Shown: positions 34,696-43,497 of the stretch, one piece after another
Layout: the number at the start of each line of letters is the position of its first letter
Position numbering within the stretch: position 1 is the stretch's first letter
Notes under the pieces: model-generated
What the model was told of the DNA's origin: nothing
The model's input: only the letters and a program-made list of their open reading frames with translations
Databases searched by the model: none
Translations under genes and position numbers: made by a program
From: Eubacteriales bacterium
Lineage (GTDB): Bacteria > Bacillota > Clostridia > Oscillospirales > JAAYXM01
NCBI GenBank assembly: GCA_045537045.1
Contig: JAZSOS010000043.1
Coordinates: forward strand, 13,452 to 77,451
Reading direction: 5' to 3'
DNA: 64,000 bases

Positions 34696-36768
34696 ATGAA
34701 TGTTTATCCCGCAACTAAAATAAGAAACGTATGTCTGTTAGGTCACGGTGGCGACGGAAAGACTTCACTTGTCGAAAGCTTGCTTTATATGACGAAGAAC
34801 ATCGACCGCCTTGGTAAGGTTTCGGACGGGAACACCGTATCAGACTTTGATTCCGAAGAAATAAAGAGAAAGTTCAGCGTATCGGCAAGTATTGCTCCCG
34901 TTGAATTTTATGACCATAAATTTAACTTTATCGACACTCCCGGATATTTTGATTTTGTGGGTGAAGTATATCAGGCAATGCGTGTTGCAGATGCCGCGAT
35001 TATCGTATGTACGGCAAAGAACGGCGTTCAGGTGGGAACTGAGCTTGCGTGGAAGCGCGTCAACGAAAAGAAGATGCCGCGTATGTTCTACATATCAAAA
35101 ATAGACGAAGAAAACGCTCGTTATTATCCTGTATACGAACAGCTTCGTGAGAAGTTTGGCGTTTCTGTCTGCCCGATGGTTATTCCGGCAATCGTTGATG
35201 AAAAAATTATTGGTATTATCGACCTTATCCCGATGAAGGCATATGAGCTCAAGGACGGCGCTGCCGTTGAAATGCCCATTCCGCCGCAGTGCATGGAAAG
35301 AGCGCTCATGGCAAGAGGCCAGATTGCAGAAAGCGTTGCGGAAACCTGCGAAGAGTATATGGATAAGTACTTCGCCGGCGAGGAGTTCACAATCGAAGAG
35401 TATATGGACGGCGTAAAGCGCGGAGTTATGGGCGGAACACTTGCTCCGGTATTCACGGGCTCGGCATTTACGGGTATCGGTTCTCTCGCACTTCTCCGCG
35501 GTCTTATCGGATATTCTCCGTGCCCGATTGACGCGCCGAAGGATATGGCAGTTACAGCCGAGAACGAACTTGTTGAGATTACTGTTGGTGATGACGACAG
35601 CCCGCTTGCAATCGTATTCAAAACCGTTTCCGACCAGTATGGAAAGGTTTCATTCTTCAAGGTTCTTTCGGGTAAAATAAAGAGTGATATGTCGCTCTTT
35701 AACCCGAGAACAGGCGAGACCGAAAAGATTGGTCACCTCTATCACGTTGTAGGTAAAAAGCGTGTTGACGTCGATGAAATCACAACCGGTGATATCGGCG
35801 CAGTTGCAAAGCTTGCTATAACAAGAACAGGAGATACGCTTTGCGCTTCAAACAAAAAGGTTCACCTTACAGGCATCAATTTCCCGATTCCGACATATTC
35901 TCTCGCTGTCAACCCGAAGGTTAAGGGAGGAGAAGAAAAAATCGCTTCCGGTCTTGCTCGTCTTGCAGAAGAGGATGTTACTTTCAAGACTGTGAATAAC
36001 GCAGAAACACGCCAGTATGTTGTTACAGGATATGGCGATATCCACATAGATGTTCTCTGTTCAAAGCTTAAGGCTCGCTTCAATGTTGACGTTGACCTCG
36101 TTGAACCGAGAGTACCTTACCGCGAAAAGATACGCAAAAAGGTTAAGGTTCAGGGACGCCATAAGAAGCAGTCTGGCGGTCACGGTCAGTTCGGTGATGT
36201 ATGGATTGAGTTCCAGCCCGGCGATGTTGAAGACCTCGTATTCGAAGAGAAGATTGTAGGCGGCGCAGTCCCGAAGAACTTCTTCCCGGCTGTTGAAAAG
36301 GGTCTTCGCGATTCTATTGCAAAGGGTGTTCTTGCGGGCTTCCCGGTTGTTTACTTAAAGGCAACTCTTGTTGACGGCTCTTACCACGATGTTGACTCGT
36401 CCGAAATGGCGTTTAAGGTTGCGGCAAACCTCGCTTATAAAGCAGGTCTTCCGCAGGCAGATCCGGTTCTTCTCGAACCGATAGGAAGCCTTAAGGTTTA
36501 CATTCCGGATAGCTATATGGGTGATGTTATCGGCGATCTCAATAAGCGCCGCGGCAGAGTTCTCGGTATGAATCCGGCAGAGGGCGGAAACTCCGTTGTT
36601 GAGGCTGAGGTTCCGATGGCCGAGATGAACACATACACTATCGACCTTCGCTCCATGACACAGGGAAGAGGCTCGTTTGAGTTTAGCTTCGAGAGATACG
36701 AAGACGCTCCGTTCAATATTCAGCAGAAGATTATCGACGAGCGTAAGGCGTATATGGAAGAAGATTAA
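34696..36768 (+). CDS. Elongation factor G paralog with divergent G3/G4 motifs
   Basis: 690 aa; GHGGDGKTS P-loop, DTPGYFDF (not DTPGHVDF), SKID (not NKMD); EF-G domains II-V recognisable. Confidence 0.85.
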   Translation: MNVYPATKIRNVCLLGHGGDGKTSLVESLLYMTKNIDRLGKVSDGNTVSDFDSEEIKRKFSVSASIAPVEFYDHKFNFIDTPGYFDFVGEVYQAMRVADAAIIVCTAKNGVQVGTELAWKRVNEKKMPRMFYISKIDEENARYYPVYEQLREKFGVSVCPMVIPAIVDEKIIGIIDLIPMKAYELKDGAAVEMPIPPQCMERALMARGQIAESVAETCEEYMDKYFAGEEFTIEEYMDGVKRGVMGGTLAPVFTGSAFTGIGSLALLRGLIGYSPCPIDAPKDMAVTAENELVEITVGDDDSPLAIVFKTVSDQYGKVSFFKVLSGKIKSDMSLFNPRTGETEKIGHLYHVVGKKRVDVDEITTGDIGAVAKLAITRTGDTLCASNKKVHLTGINFPIPTYSLAVNPKVKGGEEKIASGLARLAEEDVTFKTVNNAETRQYVVTGYGDIHIDVLCSKLKARFNVDVDLVEPRVPYREKIRKKVKVQGRHKKQSGGHGQFGDVWIEFQPGDVEDLVFEEKIVGGAVPKNFFPAVEKGLRDSIAKGVLAGFPVVYLKATLVDGSYHDVDSSEMAFKVAANLAYKAGLPQADPVLLEPIGSLKVYIPDSYMGDVIGDLNKRRGRVLGMNPAEGGNSVVEAEVPMAEMNTYTIDLRSMTQGRGSFEFSFERYEDAPFNIQQKIIDERKAYMEED

Positions 36769-36867
36769 TAGAACTAACAAACAAAAAGGGGTGCGTTTTC
36801 CGCATCCCTTCACTGTTGCTTTTTCTTTCGTGTTATGGTAAAATATAACGGTAAAATTTAATATAAT

Positions 36868-37080
36868 CACACAGAGTGTCGTGTGCGCTGCAAAGGGCTT
36901 TTTCGCCAAGGCGTGCGCGGTGAAAAGGAAACACGGTCAGAATCCGTGACGATACCAGTCGCTGTGTGCACCGAAGAACGTTTATCCGTCGGTGAAAGCC
37001 GGTCATTGGGAAACTGAGAAGGCAGGATAAACGGGCGTTTTTATGTGGTGCGAGTCAAAAGACCTGCTCTGATGCCTTTC
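36868..37080 (+). promoter_or_regulatory. Cobalamin (B12) riboswitch aptamer
   Basis: GGTGAAAAGGAAACACGGTCAGAATCCGTGACGA...GTCGCTGT core, GCCGGTCATTGGGAAACTGAGAAGGC, and B12 box GAGTCAAAAGACCTGC. Confidence 0.8.
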
Positions 37081-37165
37081 CGTATATGTTTTTTGCATAG
37101 GAAGGGTAGTTTTGTCCGGCGATGTATTTTCGTGCGGGCAGAATGTGTGATGCGGGAAAACTGCC

Positions 37166-37208
37166 GCAGTAGTCTTTGTATTTCGAAGATTACTGCTTTT
37201 TTGTTTTT
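37166..37208 (+). terminator. Riboswitch expression-platform terminator
   Basis: GCAGTAGTCTT / AAGATTACTGC followed by TTTTTTGTTTTT. Confidence 0.7.
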
Positions 37209-37293
37209 CCGGATTTGAGGAGGTGGCTGCCTATGTCCCGGTATTGGCATAGAAATTATTATATTAAATTTTAACTGAAAGAGGAAAAAGAAC

Positions 37294-40200
37294 ATGAAAG
37301 TAAAAAGAATTTTAAGCCTTGTATTATCGCTTATGATAATGTTGGGCGCAGTCGCCACACCTGCATTTGCGGAAAATGAAAACATAAACGTTACGGTAAA
37401 GTTTGATTCATCTGTCGTAGCAGCGGAGATGGATACGCTCTATTCGGACTTAAAAGCATCGAATATTGTTGACAAAGAAACAACAGACCTTCCGGAGGAT
37501 ATAACCGTCACCATTCCAAAAGGCTCTACTGTGAAGGAAGTTCTGGAAGCCGCGCAGGAAGAAGCTCACTTTACCGCTGTCGGTATTGATAATGACTTTG
37601 TTACGCAGATAGGTTATGTCGGAAAAGACATCCTCAAAAACCTTGTAAGTATTACTGTTGGCGATTATTACAGCGGAAATATCTTCAATTCCGCAGGCTG
37701 GAGCTTTTATATTGATGGGGTAGGGCTCACGGACCACATCGGTGCTGTTACGGTGACAAATGATAACGCTGTTCTGGAAGGTCGTTTCAATCTTGCAGCA
37801 TCATGGGGTTATACAAATAATTGTATGGTTTACTATGACGAAATCTTCCTTAATAACTATGCCAAGCTAAAAGAATTGACGGAAACAGACGTTGATACAA
37901 GCGCTTTCACCGAAAAGCAGCTTCAGAAGCTTACCGCTGAAAAATCGGAAGCCGAAGCTCTTCTCGCGGAAATTTACAATGAAGCATCTCTTAACGAAAC
38001 TGTATCCGCAACTTTGCTTGAAGCTCATCCCAAATTTAAAACAAGCGGCGGTATGTGGATTGGGTATTTTGAGGAAAAGGGAGTGTCCTTCTGGGGGACA
38101 GGCTCTCCGTTGGAAAAGCTTGAAATTGCGGTAAAGGAACTGGAAGCCGCAATGAATCCGCTTCCGGAAAACCTGCTTTCCGAGCTTTATGTAACAACGC
38201 TTTCAGGAACTGCGGATGACAACCTTATTACAGACTTTGCAAGTGATAAGTATGAATATGTCATAAAAGATTATACAAAAGATAACTTTCTACCCAAGTC
38301 TATAAAATTAAAGAGCATCGCGGCATCGGAGGATGCATCTGTCGCCGTAACACTCAACGGAGAGAGCGTTTCACCGTCAGGCCTTATTGACAACTGGAAA
38401 CAGTATAGCAACCTTGATTGGACTGACAAAGTATTAAACACTCTTACCTTCACGGTTGCGCCGCCTGAAGGAAGCATGCTTGATTCGACTGTGTATACCG
38501 TAAAAATCTATTCAGAAATTACAGACGCGCAGATGGTTTCTCTTGCAAAAGAAAAGATTACATGGGATTCTATAAAGGGACTGAACAAAAGTCCGTCTGA
38601 GATTACCTCATCTCTTGTTCTGACGTCAGAAATAGAGCTTCCGGACATCGGAGAGGTTTCGGTTACATGGGGTGAGTTTGACGGAGTAATCCTCGGAGAG
38701 AAGGGTGATATTCTTTCCCGTCCGCAGAGCGCAACTCCGATAACTCTTACGGCAACGCTCACTTCAGGTAAAAGCAGTGATACATGCGATTTTGAGCTGG
38801 TTATTCTTCCTCCGACGGAAAAAGAAGTTCGCGATGCAAAAATTTCTTCTTTGCTTGAAAATATTGCGAAAACGTATACAGATAAAAGCTCATACTGGGA
38901 AGTAATGGATATGGGTGCGTATAAGAAATACGCGCCTGAAACCGAAGCTGTTTTGTCCGATGATGCAACCCGTGCATTTATCACGGCGAGCATCAAGGCA
39001 GTTTCGGAAACGGATAAGGATACAGACCTTGCAAAGGCAATTCTTGCTCTCACCGCACATGGAAAGGATGCAACAAGACTCTATAAGGTGAACAGCAACA
39101 CGCCGGTTGACGCGGTTAAAAAGCTAAGCGGCACGGAACACTCAACAAGCGTCTGGAGCGCACCGTACACCCTCGCGGCATATAACAAAGATGAGTATAA
39201 AAACCGCGAGAAGGAGCTTTCTCTTGTCAACGCTCTCCTCGCGTTACAGGGCGAGAACGGGGCATGGGATGAGTATGGAACGATAGATACTACCGCAAAT
39301 GCAATCGCCGGTCTTGCGTTCTACTTAAACGATGAAGACGTTGAGTTAAAGACCAACGTAACCAAAGCAATCGAAGCTGCTCTTACATACTTATCCGAAC
39401 ATCAAAATGCAGACGGGAGCTTTTCTGATTCATGGTCGGGAATAAACTCAAATTCAACCGCAATGGTTGCTATTGCGCTTTCATCGGCAGGTGTGGATGT
39501 TGAGGAAGATACGCGTTTTATAAAGAACGGCAACAATATCATAGATGGGCTACTTTCATTTGCTCTTGAAGATAAGAGCGGCTTTGGATATACGGATAAT
39601 ATAACGGCGAGCGACTATTCGACAGAGCAAGCATTCCGCGCTCTTATTGCCCTCGCCGGCGCAATAAAAACGGATGCGGCATACAATGTGTATGACTTTA
39701 ATGGTATCACGCTTTCGCCCGCACGTGCAACGGATGAGTATACGGGCGGAAATAGGCCTTCTGCGCCGCAGGGAAAACAGATTTCGGTTTCGCTCACAAT
39801 AAAGGCGGATAACGGAAATTGGCTTAGCTCATATACCGTTACTCTTCCGGGCGACGGTGCAACCGTATATCATGCCTTTATGAAAGGATGCAACGAGAAC
39901 AATCTGAAATATGAAGGCGCAGACACGGGATATGTTTCTTCTATTTCAAAGGGGAGTAAAACTCTTGCTGAATTTGGCGCGGGTAAAAACTCAGGCTGGC
40001 TTTACAAATTAAACGGAGAAGCCCCTCTTCTCGGAATAAGAGAATGTGGAATAAAAAATGGGGACAGCATCGAGTTTTTCTATACAAAAGACTACACGAA
40101 AGAACCGGGAATAGCAGGGGGCCTTGCTGCATCCGGAAGTGGGGGAAAGGAAGAAGAAAAGGCGGAAAAAGAAGAAAAAGTACCTGCCACACAGCCTTCG

Positions 40201-40755
40201 AAAATATACTTTGCCGATGTTCCGGATGGCGCTTGGTATAAGAGCGCGGTGGAATTCGCCGTTGAAAACAATCTCTTTAACGGCGTGTCAGAAAAGGAAT
40301 TTGCGCCTGACGCTTCAATGACCCGTGCGATGCTTGTAACCGTGTTTTACAGAATGGCAAATCCTGAAGTTACCGGAAATAATCATGGCTTTACAGATGT
40401 TCCTGAAGGTCAGTGGTATTCCGACGCGGTTGCTTGGGCGGCTTCAAACGGAGTTGTAAACGGTATCAGCAAGACAGAGTTTGCACCAAATAGAGATATA
40501 ACCCGTGAACAAATGGCACTTATTATCTATCGCTTTGCAAAAATGCAGGGCTATGATGTAAATGACAAAGCAGATATTTCAAGATTTGCTGATTCGGAAT
40601 TTGTAAGTGATTGGGCGATTGATGCACTTTGCTGGGCAAACAAAACAGAGCTCATAAGTGGTGTAAACAAAACTACACTTTCACCTAAAGCTACGGCAAC
40701 GCGTGCTGAGGTTGCAACAATCCTTATGCGTTTCTGTGAAAAGTATATAAAATAG
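37294..40755 (+). CDS. Secreted SLH-anchored 1153-aa protein with two DUF4430 (transcobalamin-beta-like) modules and an alpha/alpha-toroid (prenyltransferase-like) repeat region
   Basis: Signal peptide ...ATPAFA; AGWSFYIDG and SGWLYKLNG motifs; LQGENGAWD / HQNADGSFSD repeats; three C-terminal SLH repeats (FADVPDGAWY..., FTDVPEGQWY..., FADSEFVSDW...). Confidence 0.8.
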   Translation: MKVKRILSLVLSLMIMLGAVATPAFAENENINVTVKFDSSVVAAEMDTLYSDLKASNIVDKETTDLPEDITVTIPKGSTVKEVLEAAQEEAHFTAVGIDNDFVTQIGYVGKDILKNLVSITVGDYYSGNIFNSAGWSFYIDGVGLTDHIGAVTVTNDNAVLEGRFNLAASWGYTNNCMVYYDEIFLNNYAKLKELTETDVDTSAFTEKQLQKLTAEKSEAEALLAEIYNEASLNETVSATLLEAHPKFKTSGGMWIGYFEEKGVSFWGTGSPLEKLEIAVKELEAAMNPLPENLLSELYVTTLSGTADDNLITDFASDKYEYVIKDYTKDNFLPKSIKLKSIAASEDASVAVTLNGESVSPSGLIDNWKQYSNLDWTDKVLNTLTFTVAPPEGSMLDSTVYTVKIYSEITDAQMVSLAKEKITWDSIKGLNKSPSEITSSLVLTSEIELPDIGEVSVTWGEFDGVILGEKGDILSRPQSATPITLTATLTSGKSSDTCDFELVILPPTEKEVRDAKISSLLENIAKTYTDKSSYWEVMDMGAYKKYAPETEAVLSDDATRAFITASIKAVSETDKDTDLAKAILALTAHGKDATRLYKVNSNTPVDAVKKLSGTEHSTSVWSAPYTLAAYNKDEYKNREKELSLVNALLALQGENGAWDEYGTIDTTANAIAGLAFYLNDEDVELKTNVTKAIEAALTYLSEHQNADGSFSDSWSGINSNSTAMVAIALSSAGVDVEEDTRFIKNGNNIIDGLLSFALEDKSGFGYTDNITASDYSTEQAFRALIALAGAIKTDAAYNVYDFNGITLSPARATDEYTGGNRPSAPQGKQISVSLTIKADNGNWLSSYTVTLPGDGATVYHAFMKGCNENNLKYEGADTGYVSSISKGSKTLAEFGAGKNSGWLYKLNGEAPLLGIRECGIKNGDSIEFFYTKDYTKEPGIAGGLAASGSGGKEEEKAEKEEKVPATQPSKIYFADVPDGAWYKSAVEFAVENNLFNGVSEKEFAPDASMTRAMLVTVFYRMANPEVTGNNHGFTDVPEGQWYSDAVAWAASNGVVNGISKTEFAPNRDITREQMALIIYRFAKMQGYDVNDKADISRFADSEFVSDWAIDALCWANKTELISGVNKTTLSPKATATRAEVATILMRFCEKYIK

Positions 40756-40763
40756 ATTTATTT

Positions 40764-40793
40764 CTGCAAGAGCGACTTTTGTCGCTCTTGCAG
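40764..40793 (+). terminator. 13-bp intercistronic hairpin (no U-tract)
   Basis: CTGCAAGAGCGAC-tttt-GTCGCTCTTGCAG. Confidence 0.4.
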
Positions 40794-40814
40794 AGCGGAT
40801 ATTAAGGTGATTGA

Positions 40815-41852
40815 ATGAAACGGTTATTTTCTTTTATCTTGGTCTGTTTTCTTGTTGTAAATGTATTTGCGACGAAAAGCATAGATGTTTCCTCTGCTAG
40901 CTTAAAAACAGCGCAGTATCTGTATAGTGCAGTAACGGACCCCACTGTCGCTTCCGTCGGCGGAGAATGGACGGTTATCGGTCTTTCGGAGAGCGATGCG
41001 GATATTGCTGATGAGTATTTTGAACGCTATTACAAAAACGTTGAGGAATACGTAAAAAACAAAAAAGGTATATTGCATTCCCGCAAGTATACTGAGTATT
41101 CCCGTGTCGTTCTTGCGCTTACCGCGATAGATAGAAATCCCCGGAATGTTGCAGGTTATGACCTTCTTATGCCGCTTGGTGATTATAATAAGACGGTGCA
41201 GCAGGGAATAAACGGAGCTGCATGGGCACTCATTGCTTTAGATAGCGGAGAATACGTTGTGCCGGAAAATACATCTGCGCAAATTCAGGCAACGCGTGAA
41301 ATGTACATTGAGCATATCCTCACAAGACAGAATCAGGACGGCGGATGGGCGCTTGGCGATGCTGCATCGGATGTCGATATTACCGCAATGTGCCTTCGCG
41401 CGCTCGCAAAATACCATAACCATCAGGATGTAAGGACTGCCTGCAACCGTGGCATTGCGTTTCTTTCCAAAGCGCAAGACGAAAACGGTGGATTTTCAAG
41501 CTGGAATGTGCAGAATTCTGAAAGTGTTATGCAGACGATTATGGCGCTTTGTGCGCTTGATATATCGCTTGACGATCCTCGGTTTGTGAAAAGCGAAAAC
41601 ACATTGACAACATCTCTGCAACGCTATATGTCGGAAAACGGCGCTTTTTTGCATATGCCCCAAGGTGGCGAAAACCTTATGGCAACCGAACAGGGGCTAC
41701 TCTGCCTTAATGCGATGAGAACAGCGGAAGAGAAAAAGCTTGTAAGAGGTCTGATTGTTCCACTTGTCTCTGACCCTTTAAGTATAAAGCAGATATCAAG
41801 AGACTGCCTGAGGTTCGTAAATGCCTTTTTAGACTTGACAAATACCAGGTAA
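40815..41852 (+). CDS. Secreted alpha/alpha-toroid (prenyltransferase/squalene-oxidase-repeat-like) protein
   Basis: Signal peptide; GGEWTVIGL, QNQDGGWALGD, QDENGGFSSW repeats. Confidence 0.7.
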   Translation: MKRLFSFILVCFLVVNVFATKSIDVSSASLKTAQYLYSAVTDPTVASVGGEWTVIGLSESDADIADEYFERYYKNVEEYVKNKKGILHSRKYTEYSRVVLALTAIDRNPRNVAGYDLLMPLGDYNKTVQQGINGAAWALIALDSGEYVVPENTSAQIQATREMYIEHILTRQNQDGGWALGDAASDVDITAMCLRALAKYHNHQDVRTACNRGIAFLSKAQDENGGFSSWNVQNSESVMQTIMALCALDISLDDPRFVKSENTLTTSLQRYMSENGAFLHMPQGGENLMATEQGLLCLNAMRTAEEKKLVRGLIVPLVSDPLSIKQISRDCLRFVNAFLDLTNTR

Positions 41853-41865
41853 AGAGAGAAAATAT

Positions 41866-42606
41866 ATGAGAAGAATTATTAAAAAATTACCCGTATTCTG
41901 TATAATTGCGCTTGTTCTTGTTGCCTCTTTTTGGTGGGGAGAACCCTCTCCTATAACAGTGGAAAATCAAATTTGTCAGCCGCCGGAAAGCTGTGAGGAT
42001 TGTGGAGAACCGGTGCTTGCCCGGAACGGGGAAAAAGAAGAAAAAACACAGGATGCAGAATTGTTCGCGCCCGCTGGAAATAGCAAACCCACTGTTGAGG
42101 TAAGCGCGCAAAATTCGCAATCGTCGGAGAAAGAGCCTGCTGTGCCTGAAAAAAGCGCAAAGCAAGAAGCTGCAGAAGTTGAGAAAAAGCTTGCTTGCAG
42201 CTTCTCTGTGAGCTGCAACACTGCTCTTGCCAATATCAACCGGCTTGTTACGGAAAAGCAAACGCTCATTCCGCCGGACGGCGTTTTGTATAAAAGGGAA
42301 GATGTTGTGTTTAATGAAGGTGACACGGTTTTTGATTTGCTTCTGCGTGAAATGACGGCAGCCGGTATACATATGGAATTTGTAAAAACACCTATGTACG
42401 GCAATGTATATATCGAAGGAATAGGCAACATTTATGAATTTGACTGCGGTGAGCTTTCCGGCTGGATGTACCGCGTAAACGGCATTTTTCCAAACTCCGG
42501 ATGTGACGGATATAAGCTTAAGAACGGCGATAAGGTAGAATGGGTTTACACCTGCAATCTCGGCCACGATGTCGGCGGGGATTTTTCTGCACAAAACAGA
42601 GAATAA
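41866..42606 (+). CDS. DUF4430-domain (transcobalamin-beta-like) membrane-anchored protein
   Basis: N-terminal TM; C-terminal SGWMYRVNGIFPNSGCDGYKLKNGDKVEWVY motif. Confidence 0.75.
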   Translation: MRRIIKKLPVFCIIALVLVASFWWGEPSPITVENQICQPPESCEDCGEPVLARNGEKEEKTQDAELFAPAGNSKPTVEVSAQNSQSSEKEPAVPEKSAKQEAAEVEKKLACSFSVSCNTALANINRLVTEKQTLIPPDGVLYKREDVVFNEGDTVFDLLLREMTAAGIHMEFVKTPMYGNVYIEGIGNIYEFDCGELSGWMYRVNGIFPNSGCDGYKLKNGDKVEWVYTCNLGHDVGGDFSAQNRE

Positions 42607-42624
42607 AAGGAAAGGAGAGATAAA

Positions 42625-43497
42625 ATGAACGAATTTAAGGCATATCACCCTATTGTGAATTTTATGTATTTTGTATGCGTTATATGCTTTTCTGTGTTTC
42701 TTATGCACCCCGTATGCCTTTCTATCGATCTATTTTCGTCTCTTGCATATCTTGCGGTGCTGAAAGGCAGAAAAGCGCTTCTTACGCACCTTTTGTATAT
42801 GCTTCCTCTCGCCTTTGCTACCGCGCTTATAAACGCCGCGTTCAATCATGAGGGCGCAACAATTATCACATATCTTCCGGGCGGGAATCCGCTGACACTT
42901 GAGTCGGTTGTTTATGGATTGTGTGCTGCGGCGATGATACTTTCCGTTATATGCTGGTTTTCATGCTATAATGAGATTATGACAAGCGATAAATTCATTT
43001 ATATTTTCGGTCGCGTTTCTCCGGCACTTGCATTGGTCTTTTCAATGACGCTTCGGTTTGTCCCGCGCTTTGCTGGGAAACTCCGTGAAATAACAACTGC
43101 ACGCAAAAGTCTCGGCAAAACTTTGGACAGCAAAAGCGTGCGGGAGAGGATAAAGCGCGGACTTTCGGCGCTGTCTGCAACGCTGACGTGGGCGCTTGAA
43201 AATTCAATTGAAACTGCCGACAGTATGAAAGCAAGGGGGTATGGGCTACCGGGCAGAACCACATTTTCAATCTATACATTTGAAAAAAAAGACAAAATAA
43301 CACTGGCACTTCTTTTTGCTCTTTCGCTTTGTGTAATTTACGGGCGCATTTGCGGGGCACTACGCTTTTCGTATTTTCCGCGCTTTGGTGCATTGAGAAG
43401 TGATTTTATCAGTATATTGGCAGCAACCAGCTATCTCTTGCTGTGTATAGCACCGATTATAATAGAACTTAAGGGGGCGAGAAGATGGAAGAATTAA
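42625..43497 (+). CDS. ECF transporter transmembrane (T) component, CbiQ/EcfT family
   Basis: 290 aa polytopic; TARKSLG and MKARGYG Arg-containing coupling motifs. Confidence 0.8.
   Translation: MNEFKAYHPIVNFMYFVCVICFSVFLMHPVCLSIDLFSSLAYLAVLKGRKALLTHLLYMLPLAFATALINAAFNHEGATIITYLPGGNPLTLESVVYGLCAAAMILSVICWFSCYNEIMTSDKFIYIFGRVSPALALVFSMTLRFVPRFAGKLREITTARKSLGKTLDSKSVRERIKRGLSALSATLTWALENSIETADSMKARGYGLPGRTTFSIYTFEKKDKITLALLFALSLCVIYGRICGALRFSYFPRFGALRSDFISILAATSYLLLCIAPIIIELKGARRWKN

Noticed and set aside
40044-40321. Short Lys/Arg-rich + strand ORFs inside the SLH protein gene
   Set aside because: These are frame artefacts of the GAA/AAG-rich linker (GGKEEEKAEKEEK) between the DUF4430 module and the SLH repeats.
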